A stretch of 64,000 nucleotides of DNA, taken from the NCBI GenBank assembly GCA_035063585.1, contig JAPSGB010000022.1, positions 17,071 through 81,070 of the forward strand, read 5' to 3'. Both the position numbers and the translations under genes were made by a program. A model generated the notes under the pieces. The model saw nothing but the letters and a program-made list of their open reading frames with translations, did not search any database and was not told where the DNA came from. Position 1 is the first letter of the stretch, and every line of letters begins with the position of its first letter. This DNA is from Polyangiaceae bacterium (GTDB lineage: Bacteria > Myxococcota_A > Polyangia > Polyangiales > Polyangiaceae). Shown one piece after another: positions 1 to 7,901 of the stretch.

Positions 1-270
1 TCGGCGAAACTGGAACGGGGGCCATGAGCCGCGAGGTTCCGCTCCGGATCGGCTAGCCACCCTCCGAGCAGTTCGGCGAAACTGGAACGGCGGCCGCGAG
101 CCGCGAGGTTCCGCGCCGGACCGGCTAGCCACCCTCCGAGCAGTTCGGCGAAACTGGAACGGGGGCCATGAGCCGCGAGGTTCCGCGCCGGACGGCGAGC
201 CGCCCTCCCAGAAGGTCGGCGAAACTGGAACGGCGGCCGCGAGCCGCGAGGTTCCGCGCCGAGCCGGCGA
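1..270. repeat. Tandem array of ~72-bp units (at least 4 units, may continue upstream of the window)
   Basis: Units start with TCGGCGAAACTGGAACGG at 1, 73, 145 and 216 (periods 72, 72, 71). Units 1/3 (GGGGGCCATGAG) and 2/4 (GGCGGCCGCGAG) alternate. Each unit carries a variant of GGTTCCGCGCCGGACCGGC. Confidence 0.92.
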
Positions 271-354
271 GGTACGCTTTGCCAGCACGGACCAGACAGG
301 GCTGACGCCACCCGAGAAGCGGCCCGTAGCGGGCCCGTCAGCCGGCGGGAGTCG

Positions 355-421
355 GTGAATATTTTAGTGTAATTACGGAACGCTACGTGCGATGGATGGG
401 ATCTTCCTTGATTTCACGTCA
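355..421 (+). promoter_or_regulatory. AT-rich putative promoter region of the oxidase operon
   Basis: GTGAATATTTTAGTGTAATTACGGAAC is a local AT island in high-GC DNA just upstream of the first operon gene and includes the palindrome GTAATTAC. No specific factor assigned. Confidence 0.35.
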
Positions 422-434
422 GGGCGAGCCGAAC

Positions 435-1106
435 ATGACGCCAGTCAAACACATGACGCCTGTCGTTGCGCCACGCATTTTCATGGTTATGGGCGCGCTC
501 GCGGTCTCCGCGGCGCTTGGTTGCAGCAAGGGCGGCCCGGTGCCGAGCGGCGGGACGGCGAGCGGCGCCGAGCTGTTCCAGCTCTGCGCGCAGTGCCACG
601 GCGCCCACGGCGAGGGGAGCCATGAGTTCAGCGCGCCCGCCATCGCCGGCCTCGACGAGTGGTACGTGAAGCGCCAGCTCGAGCACTTCAAGTCGGGCGT
701 GCGCGGCGCGCACCCGGACGACGCCAACGGCCTTCGGATGCGCCCGATGGCGCTCAGCCTGCGCAACGATGTCGACCTCGCGAGCGTCGCCGCCTACACG
801 GCGAAGCTCTCGCGCGCCAAGCAGGAGAGCACCGTGAAGGGCGACGTCGCGAACGGCCAGGCGCTCTTCGCCACCTGCAGCGCCTGTCACGGCGCGGACG
901 GCCGCGGCAACGAGGCGATGAAGGCGCCGCCGCTCGCGAACACGAACGACTGGTACCTCCTGGCGCAGCTCGGAAAATTTCGCGCTGGTATCCGCGGGAC
1001 CAACCCGGAAGACGTCGGCGGTGTGCTGATGCGTCCGATGGCGATGACCTTGCCGGACGCGCAGGCGATGAAGGACGTCATCGCCTACGCCGCGACGCTC
1101 AAGTGA
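435..1106 (+). CDS. Diheme cytochrome c4-like lipoprotein
   Basis: Two CXXCH motifs (CAQCH, CSACH), each followed by LAG/LAN..WY..QL..F..G.RG and an MRPMA axial-Met segment. Lipobox-like ALGC. Start taken at ATG 435 (453 is an alternative). Confidence 0.9.
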   Translation: MTPVKHMTPVVAPRIFMVMGALAVSAALGCSKGGPVPSGGTASGAELFQLCAQCHGAHGEGSHEFSAPAIAGLDEWYVKRQLEHFKSGVRGAHPDDANGLRMRPMALSLRNDVDLASVAAYTAKLSRAKQESTVKGDVANGQALFATCSACHGADGRGNEAMKAPPLANTNDWYLLAQLGKFRAGIRGTNPEDVGGVLMRPMAMTLPDAQAMKDVIAYAATLK

Positions 1107-1126
1107 GCCTAGGAGGATCCTCGACG

Positions 1127-1282
1127 ATGGCTAACAAGATCACCGCCGACTCCCTGTCACGCTGGGTGTTCTGGCTCACCATCATCTACGTCGGGCTCTA
1201 CGTCGGCTGGGTCGCGTTCGTGGTCCTGCCCGGCGCTCCGAGTCCAGCTCCCTCGAGACCCGAGATCGGTGCCCATGATTGA
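1127..1282 (+). CDS. 51-aa single-pass membrane protein, candidate small oxidase subunit
   Basis: AGGAGG at 1111-1116 precedes ATG 1127. MANKITADSLSRWVFWLTIIYVGLYVGWVAFVVLPG... has one TM helix and the ORF overlaps the coxB start. Confidence 0.75.
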   Translation: MANKITADSLSRWVFWLTIIYVGLYVGWVAFVVLPGAPSPAPSRPEIGAHD

Positions 1283-1964
1283 GAAGTATCTCCCCGCGGC
1301 GGCGAGCTACGCGAGCGACGTCGACCAGCTCATCTGGGTCATCACCCTGATGGTCGGCTTCTGGTTCATCCTCGCCGAAGGCGTGTTCTTCTGGCTCATC
1401 TTCAAGTTCCGCGCGAAGGAAGGGCGCCGCGCCCAGTACATCTCGGGCGAGAAGAAGGAAGAGACGCGCTTCATCACCTACCCGCACCTCGCGGTGCTGG
1501 TGTGCGACGTCGTCATCATCGTGATGGCGATCAACGTCTGGTCGCACATCAAGCAGTCAAGTCCCAAGCCCGATGCCGTAGTCCGCGTGATCGCGCAGCA
1601 GTGGGCGTGGAGCTTCGTCCACCCCGGGCCGGACGGGAAGCTCGACACCGACGATGACATCCGCACCGTCGACGAGCTACGCGTCGAGGTCGACAAGAAC
1701 TACGAGTTCGAGCTCGAGGCCCGCGACGTGGTCCACAGCTTCAGCGTCCCCGCCTTCCGCTTGAAGCAGGACGCAGTGCCCGGCCGCGTCATCACCGGCT
1801 GGTTCAAGCCGACCAAGACCGGCACCTTCGACATCCAGTGCGCCGAGATCTGCGGCATCGGTCACGGGCTGATGCCGGCGCGCATCGTCATCGAGACCCC
1901 GGAGCAGCACGCCGCCTGGGTGGCGGCGCACGAGCAGAGTACCGTCGCACAAGCGAGCCCATGA
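1269..1964 (+). CDS. coxB: Cytochrome c oxidase subunit II
   Basis: Two N-terminal TM helices, AQQWAWSF, DVVHSF and the CuA motif CAEICGIGHGLM. Start GTG 1269 or ATG 1275. Confidence 0.95.
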   Translation: MPMIEKYLPAAASYASDVDQLIWVITLMVGFWFILAEGVFFWLIFKFRAKEGRRAQYISGEKKEETRFITYPHLAVLVCDVVIIVMAINVWSHIKQSSPKPDAVVRVIAQQWAWSFVHPGPDGKLDTDDDIRTVDELRVEVDKNYEFELEARDVVHSFSVPAFRLKQDAVPGRVITGWFKPTKTGTFDIQCAEICGIGHGLMPARIVIETPEQHAAWVAAHEQSTVAQASP

Positions 1965-3712
1965 TGAGCGATCACGCATCCGCCCACGGCCATTCCGAGA
2001 GCTTCTTCATGAAGTATCTGTGGTCGACCGACCACAAGATGATCGCGAAGCAGTACCTCATCACCGGCATGTTGATGGGGCTCATCGGCGGCTATTTTGC
2101 CTATGCCTTCCGCATGCAGCTCGGCTTCCCGGGGATCAACGTCCCCGGGTACGGTCAGGTCTCGCCGGCCGAGTACAACGCGCTGGTCACGAGCCACGGC
2201 TCGGTGATGGTGTTCTGGGTCTCCATGCCCGTGCTCATCGCCGCCTTCGGCAACTACCTCATCCCGCTGATGGTCGGATGCGACGACATGGCGTTCCCTC
2301 GGTTGAACCGCCTCTCGTATCAGATCTTCCTTCTTAGCATCCTCGTCTTCTTCGCGTCGTTCTTCGCTAGCGGCGGCGCCTTCGGCGGCGCGTGGACGAG
2401 CTATCCGCCGCTCTCCGCCAAGGCGCAGTACAGCCTCACCTCGTGGGGCTCGAGCCTCTGGCTCATCGCGGTGGCGCTCGAGTTCGTCGCGTTCCTGCTC
2501 GGCGGTATCAACTTCATCGTCACCGCCATGAACTCGCGCGCTCCGGGCATGAAGATGTTCGACGTGCCGATCGTGGTGTGGATGATCATCATCGCCGCCA
2601 TCGTGTTCATGGGCTCGGTCGGGCCGCTGGTGGCTGGCGCGGTGATGCTGCTCTTCGACCAGCGACTCGGGACGTCCTTCTTCGACCCCACGCGCGGTGG
2701 CGACCCCGTCCTCTGGCAGCACCTCTTCTGGTTCTTCGGTCACCCCGAGGTGTACGTCGTGCTGCTCCCGGCGGTCGGGATCGTCGCCGAGGTCATCACG
2801 GTGTTCTCGCGCAAGAAGCTCTTCGGCTACCGCACCGTGCTCTATACGGCGTTTGCCACCGGCATCCTCAGCTTCTTCGTGTGGGCGCACCACCAGTTCA
2901 TCGCCGGAATCGACCCGCGGATGGCGAACGTGTTCACCGTGACGACGCTGCTCATCTCGATCCCCATCGCCGAGATGATGTTCGTCTACATCGCCACGCT
3001 CTATGGGGGCTCCATCACGCTCACCACGCCGATGCTCTGGGCGCTCGCCTTCATCGCTGAGTTCTTGATCGGCGGCGTGACCGGCATCTATCTCGGGTCG
3101 AGCGGCTCGGATCTCTACTTCCACGACACGTACTTCGTGCTCGCGCACTTCCACTACACCTTCGTGCCCATCGCCATCATCGCGACCTTCGCGGGGATCA
3201 CCTTCTGGTACCCGAAGATGTTCGGCCGGATGCTCGACGAGCGGCTCGGCAAGATTCACTTCTGGGGCACGGTCATCCCCTTCAACGGCGTGTTCATCCC
3301 GCTCTTCATCGCGGGCGCGCTCGGCGATCACCGGCGCATCTACAGCTACGAGTCCTTCCCGGATCTGGCGCGGCTCCAGCCGCTCCGCGAGATCGCGACC
3401 ATCTCGCTCTTGGTGATGCTCGCCTTCCAGGTGCCCTTCTTGGTGAACTTCGTGAAGAGCATGTTCTCCGGCAAGGTGGCAGGCAAGAACCCCTGGCGGT
3501 CGAACACGCTCGAGTGGACGGCCGAATCTCCGCCGCCCCACGGCAACTTCGCGGTGCTCCCGACCGTCTACCGCGGGCCCTACGAGTACAGCGTGCCGGG
3601 GCGTGAGGACGACTTCTGGCCGCAGGATCAGCCGCCGGAGCCGGGGTCGGAGCCCACCGAGCAGGACGAGTCCGCGGCGGAGCCGGGAGCGACGGCGGCG
3701 GTGGCGTCATGA
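1961..3712 (+). CDS. coxA: Heme-copper oxidase subunit I (A-family-like)
   Basis: STDHKMI, HGSVM, DMAFPRLN, WFFGHPEVY, WAHH, HDTYFVLAHFHY and RRIY motifs. ATGA overlap with the coxB stop. Confidence 0.97.
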   Translation: MMSDHASAHGHSESFFMKYLWSTDHKMIAKQYLITGMLMGLIGGYFAYAFRMQLGFPGINVPGYGQVSPAEYNALVTSHGSVMVFWVSMPVLIAAFGNYLIPLMVGCDDMAFPRLNRLSYQIFLLSILVFFASFFASGGAFGGAWTSYPPLSAKAQYSLTSWGSSLWLIAVALEFVAFLLGGINFIVTAMNSRAPGMKMFDVPIVVWMIIIAAIVFMGSVGPLVAGAVMLLFDQRLGTSFFDPTRGGDPVLWQHLFWFFGHPEVYVVLLPAVGIVAEVITVFSRKKLFGYRTVLYTAFATGILSFFVWAHHQFIAGIDPRMANVFTVTTLLISIPIAEMMFVYIATLYGGSITLTTPMLWALAFIAEFLIGGVTGIYLGSSGSDLYFHDTYFVLAHFHYTFVPIAIIATFAGITFWYPKMFGRMLDERLGKIHFWGTVIPFNGVFIPLFIAGALGDHRRIYSYESFPDLARLQPLREIATISLLVMLAFQVPFLVNFVKSMFSGKVAGKNPWRSNTLEWTAESPPPHGNFAVLPTVYRGPYEYSVPGREDDFWPQDQPPEPGSEPTEQDESAAEPGATAAVAS

Positions 3713-4278
3713 GGCCGGTCGCGACCACGCGCAGCGCCACCGGCATGCCCACCGGGCGGCTCGCCGTCTGGTGGCTCATCGCCTCCGAAATCGTGATCTT
3801 CGGCGGGCTCTTGACCTCCTACGTCATGCACCGCATCGGGCATCCGGAGTTCGGGGACTACGCGGCCCATACCAACACCGCGGCCGGCGCGATAAATACG
3901 TTGGTCCTCCTCACCTCGAGCCTGGCAGCCGTGCTCGCGCATCAGGCAGCGGGGCAAGGAGACGGCAAGAAGGCTGCGCGGCTGCTCTGGTTCACGGTGC
4001 TCGGCGGAGTGTGCTTTCTCTTTATCAAGGCCTTCGAGTGGACGCATGAGATCCGCGAGGGCCTCGTCATCAGCAAGAACATGTTCTGGGCCTTTTACTA
4101 TACGGCGACCGGGCTCCATGGCCTCCACGTCATCGTCGGGATGATCGCGATGATGATCATCGCTCGTGACGCGGCCAAGGGCCGGGAGCTCCAGCGGGTC
4201 GAGAACGTGGGCCTCTACTGGCACTTCGTCGACGTCGTCTGGATCTTCCTCTTCCCGCTCCTCTATATCGCCAAGTGA
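3709..4278 (+). CDS. coxC: Cytochrome c oxidase subunit III
   Basis: WLIASEIVIFGGL, NTLVLLTSS, TGLHGLHV and GLYWHFVDVVWIFLFPLLY motifs. Confidence 0.93.
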   Translation: MRPVATTRSATGMPTGRLAVWWLIASEIVIFGGLLTSYVMHRIGHPEFGDYAAHTNTAAGAINTLVLLTSSLAAVLAHQAAGQGDGKKAARLLWFTVLGGVCFLFIKAFEWTHEIREGLVISKNMFWAFYYTATGLHGLHVIVGMIAMMIIARDAAKGRELQRVENVGLYWHFVDVVWIFLFPLLYIAK

Positions 4279-4298
4279 TCGAAAAGGTGAGTCTAGGG

Positions 4299-4685
4299 AT
4301 GTCCTCCGAGAACGACACTGAGAAAAAGTCGGACGAGAGCCACGCTCACCACCCGAGCTACGTGAAGATCTGGGCGATCCTGGTGGTGCTCCTCGGGCTG
4401 AGCGTCGCGGGCCCGCACCTCGGCATCGAGATCATCACGCTCATCACCGCCTTCGGGATCGCGGTGGTCAAGGCGTACCTGGTGGCGAAGCACTTCATGC
4501 ACGTGAACCTGGAGAAGCGCTACGTCGTCTACCTGATCGCGACCTGCCTGGGCTTCATGGGCCTGCTCTACGCGGGCGTCGCGCCCGACGTGATGCGTCA
4601 CAGCGGCCGGAACTGGCATAATCTCGCGGCCCAGGACGAGGTGAAGCGCGCGATCGCCGAGCACGCGCACCACCCGAAGGAGTGA
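4299..4685 (+). CDS. Cytochrome c oxidase subunit IV family (CtaF/CyoD-like)
   Basis: YVKIWAILVVL...IAVVKAYLVAKHFMHV pattern, three TM helices, operon position. Confidence 0.85.
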   Translation: MSSENDTEKKSDESHAHHPSYVKIWAILVVLLGLSVAGPHLGIEIITLITAFGIAVVKAYLVAKHFMHVNLEKRYVVYLIATCLGFMGLLYAGVAPDVMRHSGRNWHNLAAQDEVKRAIAEHAHHPKE

Positions 4686-4691
4686 TGGGCG

Positions 4692-5291
4692 ATGACCACG
4701 AGCGCGGTCGCCGGGATGGAGCGAGCGTCGGGTGAGCAGACCCGACGCCCGAACGTCGCGCCGAACGCGGTCGCGGGGATGCTCATCTTCATCGTCGCGG
4801 AGGTGATGTTCTTCGCGGCCTTCATCAGCGCATTCACCATCGACCGCGCCCAAGAGCGCGGGCCCTGGCCGCCGCCCGGTCAGCCGCGGCTCCCGATCGA
4901 GGCGACGGCCATCAATACCTTTGCGCTCCTCGCGAGCGGCGTGGCGATGTATCTCGCGGCGCGCGCTTACCGGCGCGGCCCGAGCGCGGCCCGCGCGCCG
5001 CTCCTCGCGAGCCTGGCGCTCGGCGCGTTCTTCCTCGTGTCTCAGGGGCGCGAGTGGGTCGAGCTCATCGGCCAGGGGCTCACGCTCCGCACGAGTCTGC
5101 ACGGGAGCTTCTTCTATCTCATCGTCGGCGCGCACGGGCTTCACGTCCTCTCGGGGCTCGTCGCCCTCGCCCTCGCGTACGCGAGCGTGCAGCGCGGCAA
5201 GGACGCGCCCGGTCTCTTCGCGGCTGCCAAGCTCTTCTGGTACTTCGTGGTCCTCTTGTGGCCGGCGCTCTACCTGCGGGTGTACTGGTGA
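4692..5291 (+). CDS. Second cytochrome c oxidase subunit III-like protein
   Basis: IFIVAEVMFFAAF, NTFALLASG, VGAHGLHV and LFWYFVVLLWPALY motifs. Confidence 0.88.
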   Translation: MTTSAVAGMERASGEQTRRPNVAPNAVAGMLIFIVAEVMFFAAFISAFTIDRAQERGPWPPPGQPRLPIEATAINTFALLASGVAMYLAARAYRRGPSAARAPLLASLALGAFFLVSQGREWVELIGQGLTLRTSLHGSFFYLIVGAHGLHVLSGLVALALAYASVQRGKDAPGLFAAAKLFWYFVVLLWPALYLRVYW

Positions 5292-5542
5292 TGAGGGCTG
5301 GGCTCGGCGCGGCGCTCGCCGCGGTCGTCTTGCTGGCGGCGCACGCCGCGCACGCCGATCAGGTCTGCGAGTCACCCGAGACGCAAGCGGCCTTCGTCAA
5401 GATGACCGCGTTCATGAGCCTCACTCCGCTCGCGCTCATCGGGGGGCTCATCGTGGCCGCCGTTCGACGGATGCGCGCGGCGGAGCGCGCGCATGAGCTG
5501 TTTGCCGCGGACGGGAGCGCGGCCCCCACGGACGAGAGATGA
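5291..5542 (+). CDS. Small exported/membrane hypothetical protein in the cox operon
   Basis: TGATG coupling upstream and ATGA coupling downstream. Signal peptide (AHA-AHA) plus one TM helix. Confidence 0.7.
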   Translation: MRAGLGAALAAVVLLAAHAAHADQVCESPETQAAFVKMTAFMSLTPLALIGGLIVAAVRRMRAAERAHELFAADGSAAPTDER

Positions 5543-6681
5543 CGCGCCCGGCGCGGCGCCGGAGCCTCGCGATCCTGGCGGTGGTCGGCGTGTGGGCGGT
5601 GCTGCTCGTCGCGGTCGCCGCGGCGCGTCGCGAGGCGCGCGTGCGCGCCGCGGCTCCGCCCGCCGCGGGGCCCCTGCCGGTCCTCTGGGAGCTTCCGGCG
5701 TTCTCGTTCCGTGATCAACACGGCGAGACGGTGTCCCGCGAGTCGCTCCGCGGTCACGTCGTCGTAGCAAACTTCATCTTCACCCGCTGCACCACGGTGT
5801 GCCCGCTCACCACCGCGAAGATGAACGTGCTTCGCCGTAGCGTGCGCCGCGAGGACGCGCGGTTCGTCTCGTTCTCGGTGGATCCTGAGTACGACACGCC
5901 GGCGCGGCTCCTCGACTACGCGCGTCGCTGGAAAGATGACACGCGCTGGCACTTGCTCAGCACCGACGCCGCGGGCCTGGACGCGGTCGCGAGCGCGATG
6001 AAGGTCACCGTGGAGAAGAGCCGCGATCCGCGGAACCCCATCATTCACACCACGCTCTTCTTCCTCGCCGATCGCGAGGGCAAGGTGCGCGGCGTCTACG
6101 ACAGCGACGATGATCGCCTGCTCGAGCGGCTGGCGAGCGATGCCGAGGAGCTCGAGCGCGACGCGACCAGCGCGAGCGCGGCGGACCCCCGGCCGGAGCC
6201 GAGCGACGGCGCGAGCGCGGAGCGCCTATTCCAGTCGGCGGGGTGCGCCGGCTGCCATGACGATCGGCGCGTGGCGCCCCCGCTCGGCGGGCTTCCGGGC
6301 TCACCGGTGACGCTCGCGAGCGGCGAGACGATCATCGTCGATCGCGGCTACCTCCGGCGCTCGATCCTGGAGCCCAGGTCGGAGCGAGCCTCCGGCTTCG
6401 TCGTCACCATGCCCTCGTATCGCGGGAAGCTCACGAACGCGGAGGTGGAGCTCCTGGTCGACTACCTCGAGAGGTTGCCCGCCTCGCCGCACGCTCCGCC
6501 TCCCGGAGGGCCCGGCCGGGCGAGCCGCGCGGAGAAGACCGTAGATCCGGTGTGCGGGATGACCGTGCTCGCGAGCGAGGACGCACCGCACGCGCTCCAC
6601 GACGGCAAGCGCTACACCTTCTGCAGCGACGCCTGCCGCGAGCGCTTCGTGAAGGAGCCGGCGCGCTACCTGAAGCGCTGA
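5539..6681 (+). CDS. SCO1/SenC - cytochrome c - YHS fusion protein
   Basis: SCO motif FTRCTTVCP with SVDPEYDTP and His (IIHTT). Heme-binding CAGCH with a distal MPSY. C-terminal YHS: DPVCGM...YTFCSDACRERF. Confidence 0.9.
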   Translation: MTRPARRRSLAILAVVGVWAVLLVAVAAARREARVRAAAPPAAGPLPVLWELPAFSFRDQHGETVSRESLRGHVVVANFIFTRCTTVCPLTTAKMNVLRRSVRREDARFVSFSVDPEYDTPARLLDYARRWKDDTRWHLLSTDAAGLDAVASAMKVTVEKSRDPRNPIIHTTLFFLADREGKVRGVYDSDDDRLLERLASDAEELERDATSASAADPRPEPSDGASAERLFQSAGCAGCHDDRRVAPPLGGLPGSPVTLASGETIIVDRGYLRRSILEPRSERASGFVVTMPSYRGKLTNAEVELLVDYLERLPASPHAPPPGGPGRASRAEKTVDPVCGMTVLASEDAPHALHDGKRYTFCSDACRERFVKEPARYLKR

Positions 6682-6685
6682 GCGT

Positions 6686-6710
6686 CCGCGAGGTTCCGCG
6701 CCGGACCGGC
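6686..6710 (+). repeat. REP-like hairpin repeat copy (type A)
   Basis: CCGCGAGGTTCCGCGCCGGACCGGC, identical to 101-125 of the tandem array, directly after the SCO stop. Confidence 0.8.
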
Positions 6711-6774
6711 CTCACCCGCTCCCGGGCTCGCCCTGCGCGCGGTTCGTCGCGGAGCGCGAGGCCTCGCGGGTGAG
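6711..6774. terminator. Inverted repeat between convergent genes (possible terminator)
   Basis: CTCACCCGC ... GCGGGTGAG inverted repeat with an internal CGCGAGGCCTCGCG palindrome. No U-tract. Confidence 0.3.
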
Positions 6775-6801
6775 CGCGTGCGGGGTGGGGCGCGGCGCGT
6801 C

Positions 6802-7473
6802 CTAGAATGTCAGGCGCGCGCCGACCGTGAAAGCGCGCGGCGCCGGCGGAGCTCCGGCAGGAGCGGGCTCGATGTGGGTGCGTGAGGCGAAGTAGAGCCC
6901 GATGCCGCCCGCGGTGAGCACCCCGCCAGCGGCGAGCATCGGCACCGCGACCTTGGTCTTGTCGAACGAGCCCGAGTCCTCCGACGCGGTACCGCTCAAG
7001 AGCACGGCCGCCCCGCCGAGCACTCCGAGGATCCCGAGCCCGAGCGCGAGCGACCCGAGGGTGCTGAGGTCCGAGGAGCCGGTCCGCACGTCGAGGCTCA
7101 CCGGCTCCGCGCCGACCGAGAGGGGGAGCGCTTGCGCGGTCACGCCGTCGTCGTCGACCTCGAGCAGGTAGTCTCCCGGCGGGAGCTCGAGCGAGAGAGG
7201 CGCCACGCCGACCCGGATGAAATCGTATTCGGTCGGCGCCGGGCCGCCCGGCTTCACGCGCGCCACGTAGACCTGCACGGCCCGCGTCGTGGTGATCGTC
7301 ACCAGGGTGCCGCTCCCGAGCGGGCTCCGGCTCGGGCGGTCTGGGCTCGGTCGCGCGGCTGCCGGCGGCGTCAGCGCAGGCGCGCTCGACTCCGCGGGCG
7401 TCTCGGCGAGCGCGGGCGCGGCGGCGAACAGGAGCGCGAGCGCTGCGCTCGTGGCGCGCCGGCGCGCCGTCAC
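6802..7473 (-). CDS. Exported PEGA-like domain protein with C-terminal hydrophobic segments
   Basis: GTG 7473 overlaps the NUDIX stop. Signal peptide ALA, G.APL...LPPGDY PEGA-like motif, two Gly-rich hydrophobic helices, terminal Phe. Confidence 0.65.
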   Translation of the reverse strand: MTARRRATSAALALLFAAAPALAETPAESSAPALTPPAAARPSPDRPSRSPLGSGTLVTITTTRAVQVYVARVKPGGPAPTEYDFIRVGVAPLSLELPPGDYLLEVDDDGVTAQALPLSVGAEPVSLDVRTGSSDLSTLGSLALGLGILGVLGGAAVLLSGTASEDSGSFDKTKVAVPMLAAGGVLTAGGIGLYFASRTHIEPAPAGAPPAPRAFTVGARLTF

Positions 7474-7868
7474 GCGAGCCCGAGGAGCTTGTTCATCGAC
7501 AGCTCGTCGGCCGGCGTGAACGGATACTGCTCGAAATCGGCGCTCGTTACCCACTTGAACGCGTGGACGTTACGCTCGACGGGCTCGCCGCTCGAGATTC
7601 GACACTCGTAGAGATAGAGATCTACCGCGTAGTGCTCGTACGGATGCGTGACGAAGCTGATGAGCCGCCCGGGCTCGATGTCCACCCCGAGCCGGTGCTT
7701 GACCTCGCGGCGGAGCGCGTCGTCGTCCGTCTCGCGCTCCTCGACGCGACCGCCAGGAAACTCCCAGAGCAGCGGGAGGACCGCGGTCGGGCGCCGCTGC
7801 GTGATGAGGTACTGGCCGTCGCGCTCGATGACGGCTGCCACCACGCGAATGGTTAGACGTACGGACAT
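7470..7868 (-). CDS. NUDIX hydrolase, MutT/NudG-like
   Basis: VVAAVI...WEFPGGRVEERETDDDALRREVKHRLG is a Nudix box with a degenerate REXXEE. Confidence 0.88.
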   Translation of the reverse strand: MSVRLTIRVVAAVIERDGQYLITQRRPTAVLPLLWEFPGGRVEERETDDDALRREVKHRLGVDIEPGRLISFVTHPYEHYAVDLYLYECRISSGEPVERNVHAFKWVTSADFEQYPFTPADELSMNKLLGLA

Positions 7869-7901
7869 CGGCGGGGTGCGACGCTCACGGGTCGCGTCTC
7901 C

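Noticed and set aside
1..270. CRISPR array
   Set aside because: Whole 72-bp units repeat with no unique spacers, and there are no cas genes in the window.
408..422. FNR/CRP box (TTGAT...) upstream of the oxidase operon
   Set aside because: Only the left half matches. The right half (CGTCA/GTCAG) and spacing do not fit TTGAT-N4-ATCAA.
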